This document shows, in pieces, positions 14,010 to 26,509 of a DNA stretch of 64,000 bases. The first letter of the stretch is position 1. The number at the start of each line of letters is the position of its first letter. A program made the position numbers and the translations under genes. The notes beneath the pieces are model-generated. The model did not search any database. It was not told where the DNA came from and saw only the letters and a list, made by a program, of their open reading frames with translations. Origin of the DNA: Lingula anatina (Eukaryota > Animalia > Brachiopoda); the NCBI GenBank assembly GCA_051362555.1, contig CM120649.1, forward strand, positions 15,004,001 through 15,068,000, read 5' to 3'.

Positions 14010-14863
14010 TCCCTCCGCCCCTAGGGGTGTGACTCGACGCGGGTAGCTTTCAACTCTTTTTTCCTTCAGGCACAAATAACTAAATAACTAAATAAATGAA
14101 TGAATAAATAATAATAATAATAATAATGTAATAATTATGATTACAGACTTCCTGTAATTTTAGTTTGTTTAACAGACTACTTTGTAATTTTTCCTGAATT
14201 TTTCTCACACTACCGGAAGAAGAGCATTTGACAGCCTAATGTTAAACGCGTTCAGCAGGGGGAAACGACTCCGTTCATTATTAGGAAAAAATTACACTTA
14301 AAATTTAGAAAACGCGTAACGTGTGTGCTCCCCATATCAACCCTCATAATTTTTTTCTTTGAATTCCTTTTTGGGGGTTCTGCAATCGAACCTGAACTCA
14401 AAGCCGATATACCACATGGGGGAAGAAGCGTGCCGTTTCAGGAATTCATTCATGCAATTGTATGCTCTTCTGGATATGAACATAAGATTTCTCCGATATG
14501 ATCTTACTGAACAGTTGAACCGCTGCAATAAAACATTGAAAATAGCAAACAATCGTCAGTTTTTGTCTGCATTATGGAAGTGTCTCGCACGGACAAGTAC
14601 GCACGCGCGCCCAAACACACAGGAAAACATTTTTCTTTACGTTCTCTGCAACTTCTACATTATGATAAAATTGCAAACTCATGCATACTGGTAAATGACG
14701 CACATTTGCCTTGAACTTTGTCTGCCAAAGAGAATTAACCTAGAATATCAACCTTGAGTGCGGGCGTCAGTTGAGAGCAAAAGAGAATTGAGGGAAAACG
14801 AATTAAGTGTCATTTGAAGCATCCCTTTCGGTCACTAGAATTTTAGTAATAATAATAATAATG

Positions 14864-14903
<40 letters not shown>

Positions 14904-15399
14904 GGAGAAGAAGAAGAACGTATTCTTTAAACAATCTCACATAAAACGTGTATCTCTAAATGTATACATAGGACCTACTCGAATCCAAAGAGTGACCTTT
15001 CCCAATGAACACATCTGTGTATCGACGTTATTTCTCTGACGTGAAAATATTCCGTATGGGAGTACGGTGCCTACCAAGGAGACTCTCAAACAAATGAAAA
15101 ATGATACTTCCTCTTGCTGACCTGATTTTGGTGTGAGTTTTGTGGGTTCTTTTTTTCCTCAAGAAAGGGATGTTGAAGAAAAAATAATCAAAAGGGATTC
15201 AGGCAAAGGAAAAGGGCGACAACTAATAGTTTTCCGCCTAATTTTCGTATGACAAACCTTCTCGGGAACTTATTATTGCACAGAATAGTATTTTTAAAAG
15301 TTACAACTTTACGGGCAACATAAATTCCGTTGCTTTGCATCATAATCCATTTTATCTGAAGTACAACCAATTGAACAATTCACAAAAGAAAATTGAACG

Positions 15400-18300
15400 A
15401 TGATTTTCCCGCGTGCTGTCATCGTTGGATACTTTCTTCTCAGCGCTGTATTCGCACAAGCCACTTCAACAGGCAGTGATGGCTTCACACATAGCATTGT
15501 GCTGAAAGAAGACGCATATCACCTTCTCTGGAAGTTTGACGATTTAAGTATTACGTTTGAGGCGCAGGTTAAGACCACGGGGTATGTTGGTCTGGGGTTT
15601 TCACCAAGTGGAGGGATGTCCGGTGCTGATATTGTACTGGGCTGGGTGAAGGACGGTCAAGCGTATCTGAAGGTAAGGTCCGGAACGATTACAATTTCTT
15701 AATGATTTTTGTTCTACTCCTTTTTAATGTTAAAACGTTATCAGCCGATATGGCGATCTAGATGAACAATATTTGATTAATTTATCAAGAAACGAGTCAC
15801 AAACATTGGAACGTAGCGTAGTTCAAGCAATCTTATTCTTTTGTATATATATATATATATATATATATAATTATACATGTATACTGACATACTATTCAAG
15901 GTTCTTGAGATTCTGAAGTCACGATATATAAATTGAGCTTGAAAGGGGTAATTATTTTGGAGCATCCACGTTCACTTTCGCTTTGAATAAATTTATTCAG
16001 GTGTGCTCTTTTTTATTTACTGACAGCAGTCCTGTTTCAAATGGGATCTTTGTCGAAAGGGGTTAATTCTAAAAATCAAAACATGTATTAAAGGATCATT
16101 TAAAGAACGTTCTAATGAATGTAGCTGGCACAAAAAGATTATTTTGGATATGAATTATGAGGCATACATTTGATGATTAACATATTTTTAACTTGTACTA
16201 TGCAGGATAGTTATGCAATCTCTAAAGACGCACCAAAAACAGACGACAATCAAGATGTCGAGCTGCTTTCCGGCAGCGAAAACGGAACTTTTACGACATT
16301 ACGGTTCAGGAGAAAACTGGACACGTGCGATCCACGTGATTTTGTGATAACGGTAATTTTACCAATTAGTAGAAATATGTTTTAATGGAAACAGTACTTG
16401 CTTGTTATAGTATAAAATGGGCCGTTCCATTCGAAGTTTGCAATAAAACCCTTTTCTTGCATTTTCTTTAAATTGCAACTAAGCCATATGCAAATCAATG
16501 CTTGCACTAATCTAATTTAATAAATGTCAAGTTTTAAGAGGTGTAGTTGATGAATGATAATTTTTATGCAGAGAATTATTATTAAGCTTTAATGATATTT
16601 ATCGATTAACTAGTCAATGTAATATATCCCACAGAAAAAAATACATGTTTATTTTACATTACCCACTTAAAATAAGTATGTTTATATTTCTCGAGATCAA
16701 GCAGTACAAGTGATAATGGTATGCTGAAGAAATTTTAGTTCAAGTATATAATTAATATATTTTCTCATCGTAATTAATCAAGCATCTCGTATTATTCAGA
16801 CGAGCACCGTGAGACTCATTTGGTCTTATCATCTTCACGACCCTGACACAGACACGGATCTGCGTTACCATGGTTACCAAAACCGCGGGACGAAAAGCGT
16901 TCATCTGTTGGCACCTGCCCAGCCTTCAGGAAACATGGCGGACCCACCCGACGCCTACCATGTGGAAATGAGAAATACTAAGGTGAGAAATGTTCTAAAT
17001 TATAAAATTTGTCAATAACTTATGACAGGTATATCTATTCGTTTATGCTCTTCAATCGCCGCGTCGGCTTATATTAAATCATAAAAGACAACGAGGTCTC
17101 ATGATAAAAGTTGTCCAAAATGTCAGCACGCATGTACGTAATCGTTTTGAGGAAAGCTGATTGGGGGGGGGGGGGGGGGGGGGGGGGTGCTTGTTCATGC
17201 TTGTATCATAACATACCTTTTTCACTTGAAAATTAGCTGTGGAGGTTATTCCACAACAACGTTAATATGTCACTAATGAAAGTTGCCAGACTGAACAGAT
17301 GTGAGGGCATGAAATACGGCAGAAGGCCTTGTACTATACTACATGTATGAAAAGTACGAGAAGTTGAAGTTATTTTGAACTTGAATAACTTTTATCGAAG
17401 TGTTTTAAAAACTGTCACATTTGAATGGTAACAGAAATAACACCTGGAAAAAAGTGCACTTAAGCAAGTCTTGGGTAGCACGATTTCAACTGGTGCCGTC
17501 TGACGATAAATGAAATTATTTACAAAACAAGGAGCTAAATATTTTCCCGTAATCAAAACACAGAACAGGCGATAGATCAAAGTAAAGAGGAACAATAGAC
17601 ATGCCATACAATAAGACCCTTCTTCTTTAACAGAACTTTAACCACAACGGCCGACTCACAATCTCAGCTACCGCTCTGCCAAACGTGTCCACAGATGTCA
17701 TTTCCATCGTTTTAACCACGAGTTTCAAATGACACCTTTTTTTGCTCGTATTAAGGAAAAGGAGCGCGGCTGTAGATTGTGAAGATTGTCAATACACTGA
17801 TTGCACTTTAGCGACAACCTCTCACAGAGTTGGACCGACTAGTACGGTGTGTGAATCTAAGGGTCTATTCCCACAACTTTAGATCGATCTATCACCGCGG
17901 GGAGTCTCACCAGACTACCGTCAGATAATCCCCCTTAAGTGTCCGTCTCCGCCCACTACAAGCCGTAAGGGGCAATTAACTTTCGTGTCCGCCCGGCTGA
18001 CAGCTATTCAGCGTGAACCCCCAGGGAGTTAGGTCGATCCAAAATAGGTCGATCTAATCTATGGAAATGGGGTGTAAGACCGCATTTAGTTATGTGTGCC
18101 TCTGAGTGCGGCCCTATTTCACTCAGAAAGTCCCACAAATAAAAGCTATTTGATCGGAAATGCGTTGCATTGAAAATAGATATTGAACCTTTGTGTATGT
18201 GTGTGTGGGAGGGGGGGGGGATAGCAGAGCTGGACGTAAGAGGTAACAGACACTACAAGCTGATCTAATGCTTATATTACCCCAGAAAACCTCACTGTCA

Positions 18301-21300
18301 AATCCCTCTATTTCACATTTGTTTCTGTATCATGACAAGGTTTGCTTTTTTTGTGTGCAAAACAGAAAAGGCGCAGTAGAGCTTAATAAGTAGTAGTTCA
18401 AGATGTCAAACAAAAATCAACCGATTTCGACAAATGCTGTCGTTTTACTGAAGAACTTAAATTGCTATATACCAGTATTTAATGTTGAAAAATCCTTTAA
18501 GACTTTGACACAGGGTCAAATCTAGGGCATTTTTATATACAAGCCACCGCGAACGACAAGGAAAAAAGTAGGCCTATTATTTGTTTTTATCAAATATAAA
18601 CACAACAACAAATCCCCAACGCATTTAGTTTAAACTTTGCATTCCATGCTCTAAAAACTGCACCAGTTTTTTTTCCTCATTACAAAAAATACTCACGCTA
18701 TGAGTAAAAATAAACTGTAAAATTAGCAATCCAAAACAACCGAGAAAGTAGGTGACCTGGAATAGCACTGGAATGGGAGCCGAATGCCAAGATCAAGCAA
18801 CTAAGAACGCATTCAGAACAGCGGACTAACAGATCCGTGGATCAAATATGGCGACCAATTAAAAAAGTTTGCCGCTTAATCCCCGATTAGACACTGAATA
18901 GATTCCCTGCGGGGATTACGCAACAAGCATTCAAGTGGGTCGGCCATATTTGATCCACGGATCTGTTAGTCCGCTGTTCTAAATGCGCTCTCTCTCTCTC
19001 TGTCTCTCTCTCTCTCTATTAGCCTTTTTCATCTTTTCCGGAAATACGAAGTGCGCATGATAGGAACCGCGCGCCACAGGGGTCATGGTGGTCCTCTGCT
19101 GTTTCCAGCATGGCAATGCTAGGTGTAGATGATGTACAAGGTGCGCATATAAAAAGGTCGTATGAAGCGTGCATTGCTTTCTGTCAAACTAAAAAGGTGG
19201 CTGAAGCACAGAAATGCGTAAACTGTAGGCAAGAAACAGCTATTTAGACGGAGAATCAAGCAATGCATTAAATGTTTTCTTTCTCAGTTTAAATACGATG
19301 CGCTGTACAACTAGAATTCACCTTTAAGCGTCCGAGCCTTGGCTGCACTTTCAATAGTGATGACGAACTAAAGCTTCGGAGTTCTTTTAAATTCTCCCGA
19401 TAATAAAGATATGCAAAAGAGACTCTTTATTTTTTTATATATAAAATCAAAATAGCCAGTAGACTCGTACACAGCTTTCAAGAGTGTGGACAGGTGCGCA
19501 GGCCTACGTCTTCACAATTTTGTACATGTATATATGCAAGCTGTGGCGATATCACCTCATTTACCGGCAGTGTCAATTCATTACGATTTTTATGTCTTGT
19601 TTGAAGGATGTCTTAAGAGATTTTTGAAGTGATAAAATGAAAAGATTTCCTGCATTGTTTGACTCGTACCTACTGTGTATACAGGTAAAACTGACACGCA
19701 GACCGTTCGTCGGTGAACTGATTAAATCGTTTGGTACCTGATAAGGCATCAGGTGTTACTTGTTCAATTGTTCGGTAAGGCGGGCGGCCACAACTACGAC
19801 CTTTCCTCTGTAATTAAAACCCTTTAAGTGTTAAATAGGTGAGACAGGAATTCTCGACTCTTTCCCAGACGATAATTAAAGTTTACCGTGTCTTACTCTA
19901 GTATATGTACAAAATTTACGACAGGTAAAAAATGTCAGACTTTCCGTCTGACAAGTATGAAAATTTTTTCAAACTGAAACAAAACCGTCAGGCAAAAACA
20001 AAATTATAGCAAGAGGCCAAATTATTTGATTTTTTAATGTTTTCATGCGTATTTTCATCGTTTTCAATCACAGACAATTAAATCATTCAAATAAAGTGTT
20101 TCCCACACATTTCATACTTTTCAACTATCTAAGACAGTTAAATATTCGTAGGCCTACTTAAATACTAAGCATATTTGTATTACTTTAATTTACAAATACG
20201 TTGTTAGATTATTTTTGTTATCCATTTTGTCTTTACCATACATGTATTATGTACGTGTAGCTTACAGAAAGGCTTTTCTGCATTTTATTTTATTTTATTT
20301 TTTTTTATTTTTTTTATTATTATTATTTTTTTTTTTTTTTGTAAATATATATGCCCATTGAATTTTCCAATTCTCTTGTCACTGAGTTCAGAAATAAATA
20401 ACTTTTTATTTTGCCGATAACGCGTTCAACAAGAGCCGATGTACTTTCTTCTTCGTATGTCTCTGTTGATCTTGATAATATGAGCCCCGTTTGTACAAAT
20501 CAGTAGTACGGGACTGGATACATAATAACAAAAATTTTATTAACGTCTCACGTTAAAAAAAATAGATGAGAGACTAAAACCTGTGATAGGCCTACTACAT
20601 TTATAATGATCACTTATCAATAAAACAGACACAAAATGGATATTACATACAAAACTTTTCAAACCTTCTTTTTGTTGTTACACAAAAAGTGAAAGTTCTT
20701 GAATTTTTTGTAAGTAGTATCCCCGTGTAAAACTTCACAGCTTTTACTTTCTTTTTCCATAATCTCATGCTTGAAGTCTTTTCTTTATTTTGAGGCCCCG
20801 GCCTATTCTTCAATTTTTTCTTCAGATCTTTAGAATGTTTTTTTTCGCATTGTTTACCCCCGAGTTCTATTTGCCGACAGTTTGTTATATCCGTTGATTA
20901 ACTAAGCATTTCTGTTTTTTATTAAAGCACCGTTGATCTAATTTATGGTTTTTCTTCCCGCCTTCGAAATGTTCAACGCAAATGCGGTGCCCTGCTTTTT
21001 ATCCAAACCTGCTATATTTTCCTTTCTTTCTACCATATTTTTCATTCTAACGGGTTTGTTGGGAACTTATTAAACCTCATGTGTGGATCTCGCTTACTGT
21101 TATTGTAGTAGCGGGACAAAAAGCACGTAAACCCAGCCATGGTTTTTAGCACCGCTGTAAGCGTTTCGACGTAGCAGGGCTCCCCTACCCACAATGCAAT
21201 TTCCATTTCCGGAAAAGATGAAAAAGGCTAATTGCAAGTTCGAGGAGGTGACCTGCACTCTTTCACTGGAACTGAATTTGCAGAAACCATGTGAATTTTC

Positions 21301-21880
21301 AAATGGTCCCAGAATATAATTTAACATTAATTGCGCATTTCTGTGAGGTTCCAGCTTCAGGTACCAGAATCTAATCTACAGGCTCTATCTATCCATGGTG
21401 AGTGGAAGTTTGAGATAGTTCCTGATCATCCCGTTTTTCTTTTAGGTCCACCTACCGGCAACTAAAGACACTATCTACTGGTGCAATGGGTTTAAACCAC
21501 CCGCCACAAATGGCGTGCATCACGTGATCAAGGTAGGCAATATAATCTTTTTTACAGTGTTTTATAATGAACTACACGAGTCTTGAATGTGTATTTTACT
21601 TCATGTAACTTAGTTATGTGCTATTAAGTACCTGCAAGATGCACTCCTGGCCACAAAGAGTATTGCAACTGATAAGCAAACCACAATATCTACAACCTAC
21701 AGGATCCATGCAACTTACAACATAGGAAAGCGACGTTCTCACAATTTGAGCACTACTGTAAACCGCAAAACATTTCCTTTTGATCTGCTAAAAGATTGTT
21801 TAAAAGTACCACACGAAAGAAATGATATGTGGCAAATAGCAAAATATTTTATTTTTGGTTTTGGACAGGGTATTCATATC

Positions 21881-21923
<43 letters not shown>

Positions 21924-24900
21924 TATAAGAAAGTTATAAGGCGCGTTAATTTGCCACATATTTTCAGTTTAATGCTATTCTACAACCTGGCAATGAGGAA
22001 TTTGTCCACCACTTAATACTGTACGCCTGTTTCCACGATTTCAACACTACTGCGCATGACCGGAAGGAATGGGAATGCTACACGCCAAATATGCCACCGA
22101 CAATGGTCCGCTGTTACAAACCTTTCATTGGCTGGGCTATTGGATCAGGGGTACGTAAGGAGATTCAAAAGTAGGTCTTTTGCTTGTAGACATTCAGACT
22201 CCCACGCTTTCTTATTCTCCTCATTAATTTGAACGCAAAGTTATATGCTCAAAATTACTCAAAACTTTTAGAATTAATTTCTTTTAAAATAATTAACGTT
22301 GCGTAAGCAATATTTACAATTAATTTCATGTTCAAGTTATCCTAGACAGTTTTACGTTATCCTGTGCGAATTAAAAAAGCATTATCAATGTTTGTTTTTC
22401 TGCCTGTATTAGGAATTCCGATATCCACCCCACGTCGGCCAGCCATTTGGTGGGGAAGGGGATCCCACGTTTCTGATCTTGGAGACTCACTATGATAATC
22501 CCGCCAAAAGAAGAGGTGACGTATGAAATACATATAAAAATGAAATGTAGGTCTACAGATTATTCAGTCAACAAATTAATTCTAAAATATAATAACAATA
22601 ACAAGGAAATACAACCAACACGTTATTTCAATATGAGGCATATCCGTACCACGCCTTTTCAGTCTAAGCCCATTATTAAGCCCCTTATTTGTAAGTATTT
22701 TTTTTTTTTACAAGATTCAATTGAAAAAAGCAGTGCGGTTTTATATGCGTGAAAGGATATTACAATTATAAAATACAAAACGAGATTTCAACAAAATTAA
22801 TATTATTTCAGGTGTCATTGACTCTTCGGGCTTAAGACTTACCTTCATACCTCGACGACGCCAATTCGACGCAGGTAAATAATTTCAGACTTAACAAGGC
22901 TCCTTTTCCACATCAGCGGTATACCCAACTGATACAGCTGTGCCGATACACTTTGAGTGGTCAATACATGTACCTACGTTACAGAAGATTTTACTCGCTT
23001 TCACAAGTTCTCTACCTACTTTTTGGGCGAACTTGAGCAGCTCGTAGTCAAGCAACTAGCTTCACATATGTTGTCATTCTCTAAAAATGTTCCGTTAGAA
23101 AGGTATCGTTGAAGCATAACGCTCATGATGAAAAAGAGTGCTAAGATTGTATGAATTTAGTGAAACCGTGGATTTAAAAAACAGATGTATATGGATCTAA
23201 TGGAGTATGATGGTAAATGATATAGAACAGAGGTTGTTGAGTTAGCTTACAAAGGTAACGAAAATGTTTATTCTTTTATATAAGGAACTGACATAGAATA
23301 AAAAACAAACACTTAAATATAAAGAGGAACTATAAGATGATAAGAGATATTTTCTATGCTGTAAGGTATTATTCAAACTGGTGTGCTGGTGAACCTGACA
23401 AACCACAACATTCCACCATATTATTCCAAGTTCTACAACTGGGGCCAGTGTGATTCTGGATGTCTGTCAGAGGTAGCTATGAACATTTTTTTTATTTGCC
23501 ACAAATAATTTTCGTTTAAAAACAGATGATGTGCGTTAAAAGCTACATTTTTCGTGTTTGTCTTTCAAATTTTAGTAGTAAGTATTGTAGAAAATGACTT
23601 TTTTTTCCAGGCCATGAAAAACAGGACCAATGAGATACACGTGTTTGCGACCCTGCTTCACACTCATCTCATTGGTTCAGCCGTCTACGTACGTCACTTC
23701 CGGGGACAGGTAGAACTTCCTTGGATTTCCCACGACGGGCATTACGACTTCAATTACCAAGAATATCGACATTTGCCAAAGGAAGTAACAGTGAAGCCGG
23801 TACGCCCCTACTGTAAAAAAATTATATATATTCTATATATTAGACTTATTTACAATAATAAAAGAAAACAAAGGTACTTATGCCACGAACGTCAATCAAT
23901 AAAAAAGGGAAAGTATAGACGTGGGTTAACTTGTGCAACAGCTGAAGCTTATGACCGGCAAAAATTCATGAGCACTGCTTAAAATTGAGGAAAGGTTTGA
24001 ATGCCAGTATTTTAGATAAATAATGGTTAGGATCATCGTGAATAACAGACCGGATTTGATTGGTTATAATTTTAATTATAAAAAATGTTCTGTAGCTTAT
24101 TTATCGACACCGTCACCTTTAAAAGATGAATAAGAACATTAAATAAAATTACATGGAATTAAACAAAGTAAAAAAATACTTATTTAAAAGCACAAATTAA
24201 AAGCTTAATTAAAAATCTTATTATTTCTGATCTTTCAGGGAGATACGATAGTTACGTACTGTCAGTATAATAGTGCTAGAAAGAAGAACTTTACTTGGGT
24301 ACGTGGTTGGATTTGATAAGTATAAATATTAAAAGTATAAATGTAAACATATGTTGCTTCTGACCAGCGCTCCAGACGCTGCTATCTTTGTTAATGAGTC
24401 GGTTTTCTAGTTTGATATTTGCAAGAGTTGAAGACATGTGAACGACCCAGTGGTCCTACTGTTTCTTTGCAGCCATAATGTCTTGAAACGCAAAAATCTT
24501 GAAACGCTTATGTTTGAATTTTTTCTAATCTCATTCTTCTTCTTATTATTATTAATTTCTCATGAAACTTCTCACTCCTCAGGGTGGCTTTGGGACGAGG
24601 GAAGAGATGTGTCAAGGTTACATTGCGTATTACCCAAAGCTTCCGCTGAGCACGTGCAACTCTGCACCACTCCAGAGCCATCTGGCGGAAGTTTTGCCCG
24701 ACATAAAAATTGCGTGAGTAACGTTAAAAATTTGGCGAACTCATGTCAGGTGGACATTTACGAGAGAAAATTTGTCAATTCCATAATAATAATCTTCTAA
24801 ATGCTTTTATATGCAAGTTTTGAGCAACCTTACGAGATTTTAGCACGAGGCACACAGATGTAAGGTTAAAATGAGGCCCCATTAGTCCGTTTTTGAGGGT

Positions 24901-25853
24901 ATATGGTTCCATTGTTAAAGAAATTATTAGGGATATTATTAGTATTATTGTAAAAAATCATTTCAAATAGCTAAATCAAATCTAATGTAAAAATAACCTT
25001 AACTAATGTTCAGCGTTTCAAAAGAGTAAAATTCTTTGTTTTTTTCAGTTCCAATAAACACGGTTTATTTATTGAAGTTGAAGGTCCAGAGAAGTACGTC
25101 AATAAAACCTTCAAGGAGGTGCTTCAAACGGAAGTCGACTGGCAAGACAAGCGAGTGCGCATGACATACCAAAATTTAACTGTGAACGGATCACATTTTT
25201 TCGTGTGCACGGGGGCAAATTTGAAAAAGGTAGAATTATGGCTTTACGAAAATCAATATTCACTCACTATCAAATTCGACAAACGCGTTTTGCACAGTCA
25301 CTTGTTCTATGATGACCTATGATGTTAAAAAGGAAAACATCTCTTCAAAAGAAATATATTTTTATCAGATATATATAATGCTTAATTATATAACCTGATT
25401 ATATTTATTATAAAAATATTAAATATTATGAAAAATATGAGTAAGATATAAGTGAATGCATGCATGTATACATAGATTAAAATTTTTCGCATATAATACC
25501 GGCTATAAGCTTAATTTACAATTGTTTTCACATATAAATTTTTGTTTAGGTAGTTCCTAATACCAGATTTACTTAGTTCATTCACTACAGCTGACCCTTA
25601 AGCGTTATTATATTGGTCTTGGAGCAGGCAACGTTTTGTCATAACTTATTCTCCTTTCTCTTCTTTTTTTTTTCTCTAGATTTACGTCGGACAGACACTA
25701 TCTTCTGTAAAACCGTATTTCCCGCCGAAATCAACAGATTGTCAATCAGACATGTATCGAGATCATAGGATTAACCAAGCGGCTAGCTCCGAGGGTGTCA
25801 AGAATTACATTGCGGTTTTTGTGTCACTTGCATTGGCGATGAGATTTCCGTAG
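15400..25853 (+). CDS. MOXD1: DBH-like copper type II monooxygenase (MOXD1-like) paralogue B, 626 aa, 13 exons, GPI-like C-terminus
   Basis: Exons 15400-15672, 16206-16352, 16800-16982, 21446-21532, 21968-22150, 22413-22515, 22812-22874, 23366-23472, 23611-23799, 24239-24298, 24583-24713, 25049-25229 and 25680-25853. DOMON domain, VHHLIL, LETHYDNP, LLHTH, YDFNYQ and EEMC. C-terminus NQAASSEGVKNYIAVFVSLALAMRFP*. Confidence 0.93.
18805..18990. mobile_element. MITE with ~50-bp inverted termini in MOXD1-B intron 3
   Basis: GAACGCATTCAGAACAGCGGACTAACAGATCCGTGGATCAAATATGG ... CCATATTTGATCCACGGATCTGTTAGTCCGCTGTTCTAAATGCGCTC, preceded by TAA. Confidence 0.8.
20395..21140 (-). pseudogene. Decayed THAP-domain + DDE transposase (PIF/Harbinger-type) in MOXD1-B intron 3
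   Basis: Minus-strand fragments with stops and frameshifts: MAGFTC..YNNSKRDPHMRFNKFP..W..GHRICVEHFEGGKKT (THAP, 21140-20948), AVKFYTGI (~20720-20741) and LVERVIGKIK (~20404-20435). They occur in the order expected for THAP-DDE_Tnp_4 transposases. Confidence 0.75.
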
Positions 25854-26509
25854 CTCCAAAAAACATGATAGCAAATAATAATTGTTCAGAAAGAGTTATA
25901 GAGGCTTTTTGCCTCCGCAGCAAGCGGTGGTTGGAGGACCGGGGGGGGGGGGGGGGGGGGGGCAAGGAACCGCCCTTTTGCCAGGAAAAGGTCCACTCTG
26001 GGTACAGTTTGATCTAGGTAGACGAAGTTTTATGGTGAAATGTCCACCTTTTCAGAGAAATGGCTGGCTTCGGGCCTCTCCGCTAAACACAGGATGGGAT
26101 TTTAATCCACAGCAAAATGATGAATATAGCCCCGGCCGCAGAGCCGTCTATCATTGCCTTTGTGAGTAACCAGTTTGAGACAATTTTCAAACCCATTTTT
26201 GTGATTCTTTTAAGGGTATTAGTTACTTTTTCTACAGAGGTAAAAAAATCTCACACTATAACTTTTTAATCATTTTATGTTTAATGATATATGTAAACAG
26301 TATTTACGCATATAAGAATATCTGAGTATGTGGGTATACTGAAATAAAAACCGTGTTCTGTAGTGCATTATTTAAAAAATATGTAGATTATAAGTATATT
26401 GCTACTGCAGCAGGACCAAAGAAAGTAGTCAATACCGGTGTAAAATGGGCATTTTTTAAATGTGTTTGAAATAAACAATTGAAAAGCAAACTGATCATGA
26501 AGTTTTCTT

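Noticed and set aside
17163-17187. Poly-G/poly-C runs (also ~25941, ~56459, ~57873) as functional G-quadruplexes
   Set aside because: Simple homopolymers with uncertain length and no supporting context.
19140-19580. Possible additional transposase fragments (YEACIAFCQ..CVNC; LTLPV..KIVKT)
   Set aside because: The similarity to Merlin/hAT motifs is too weak to call without a search.
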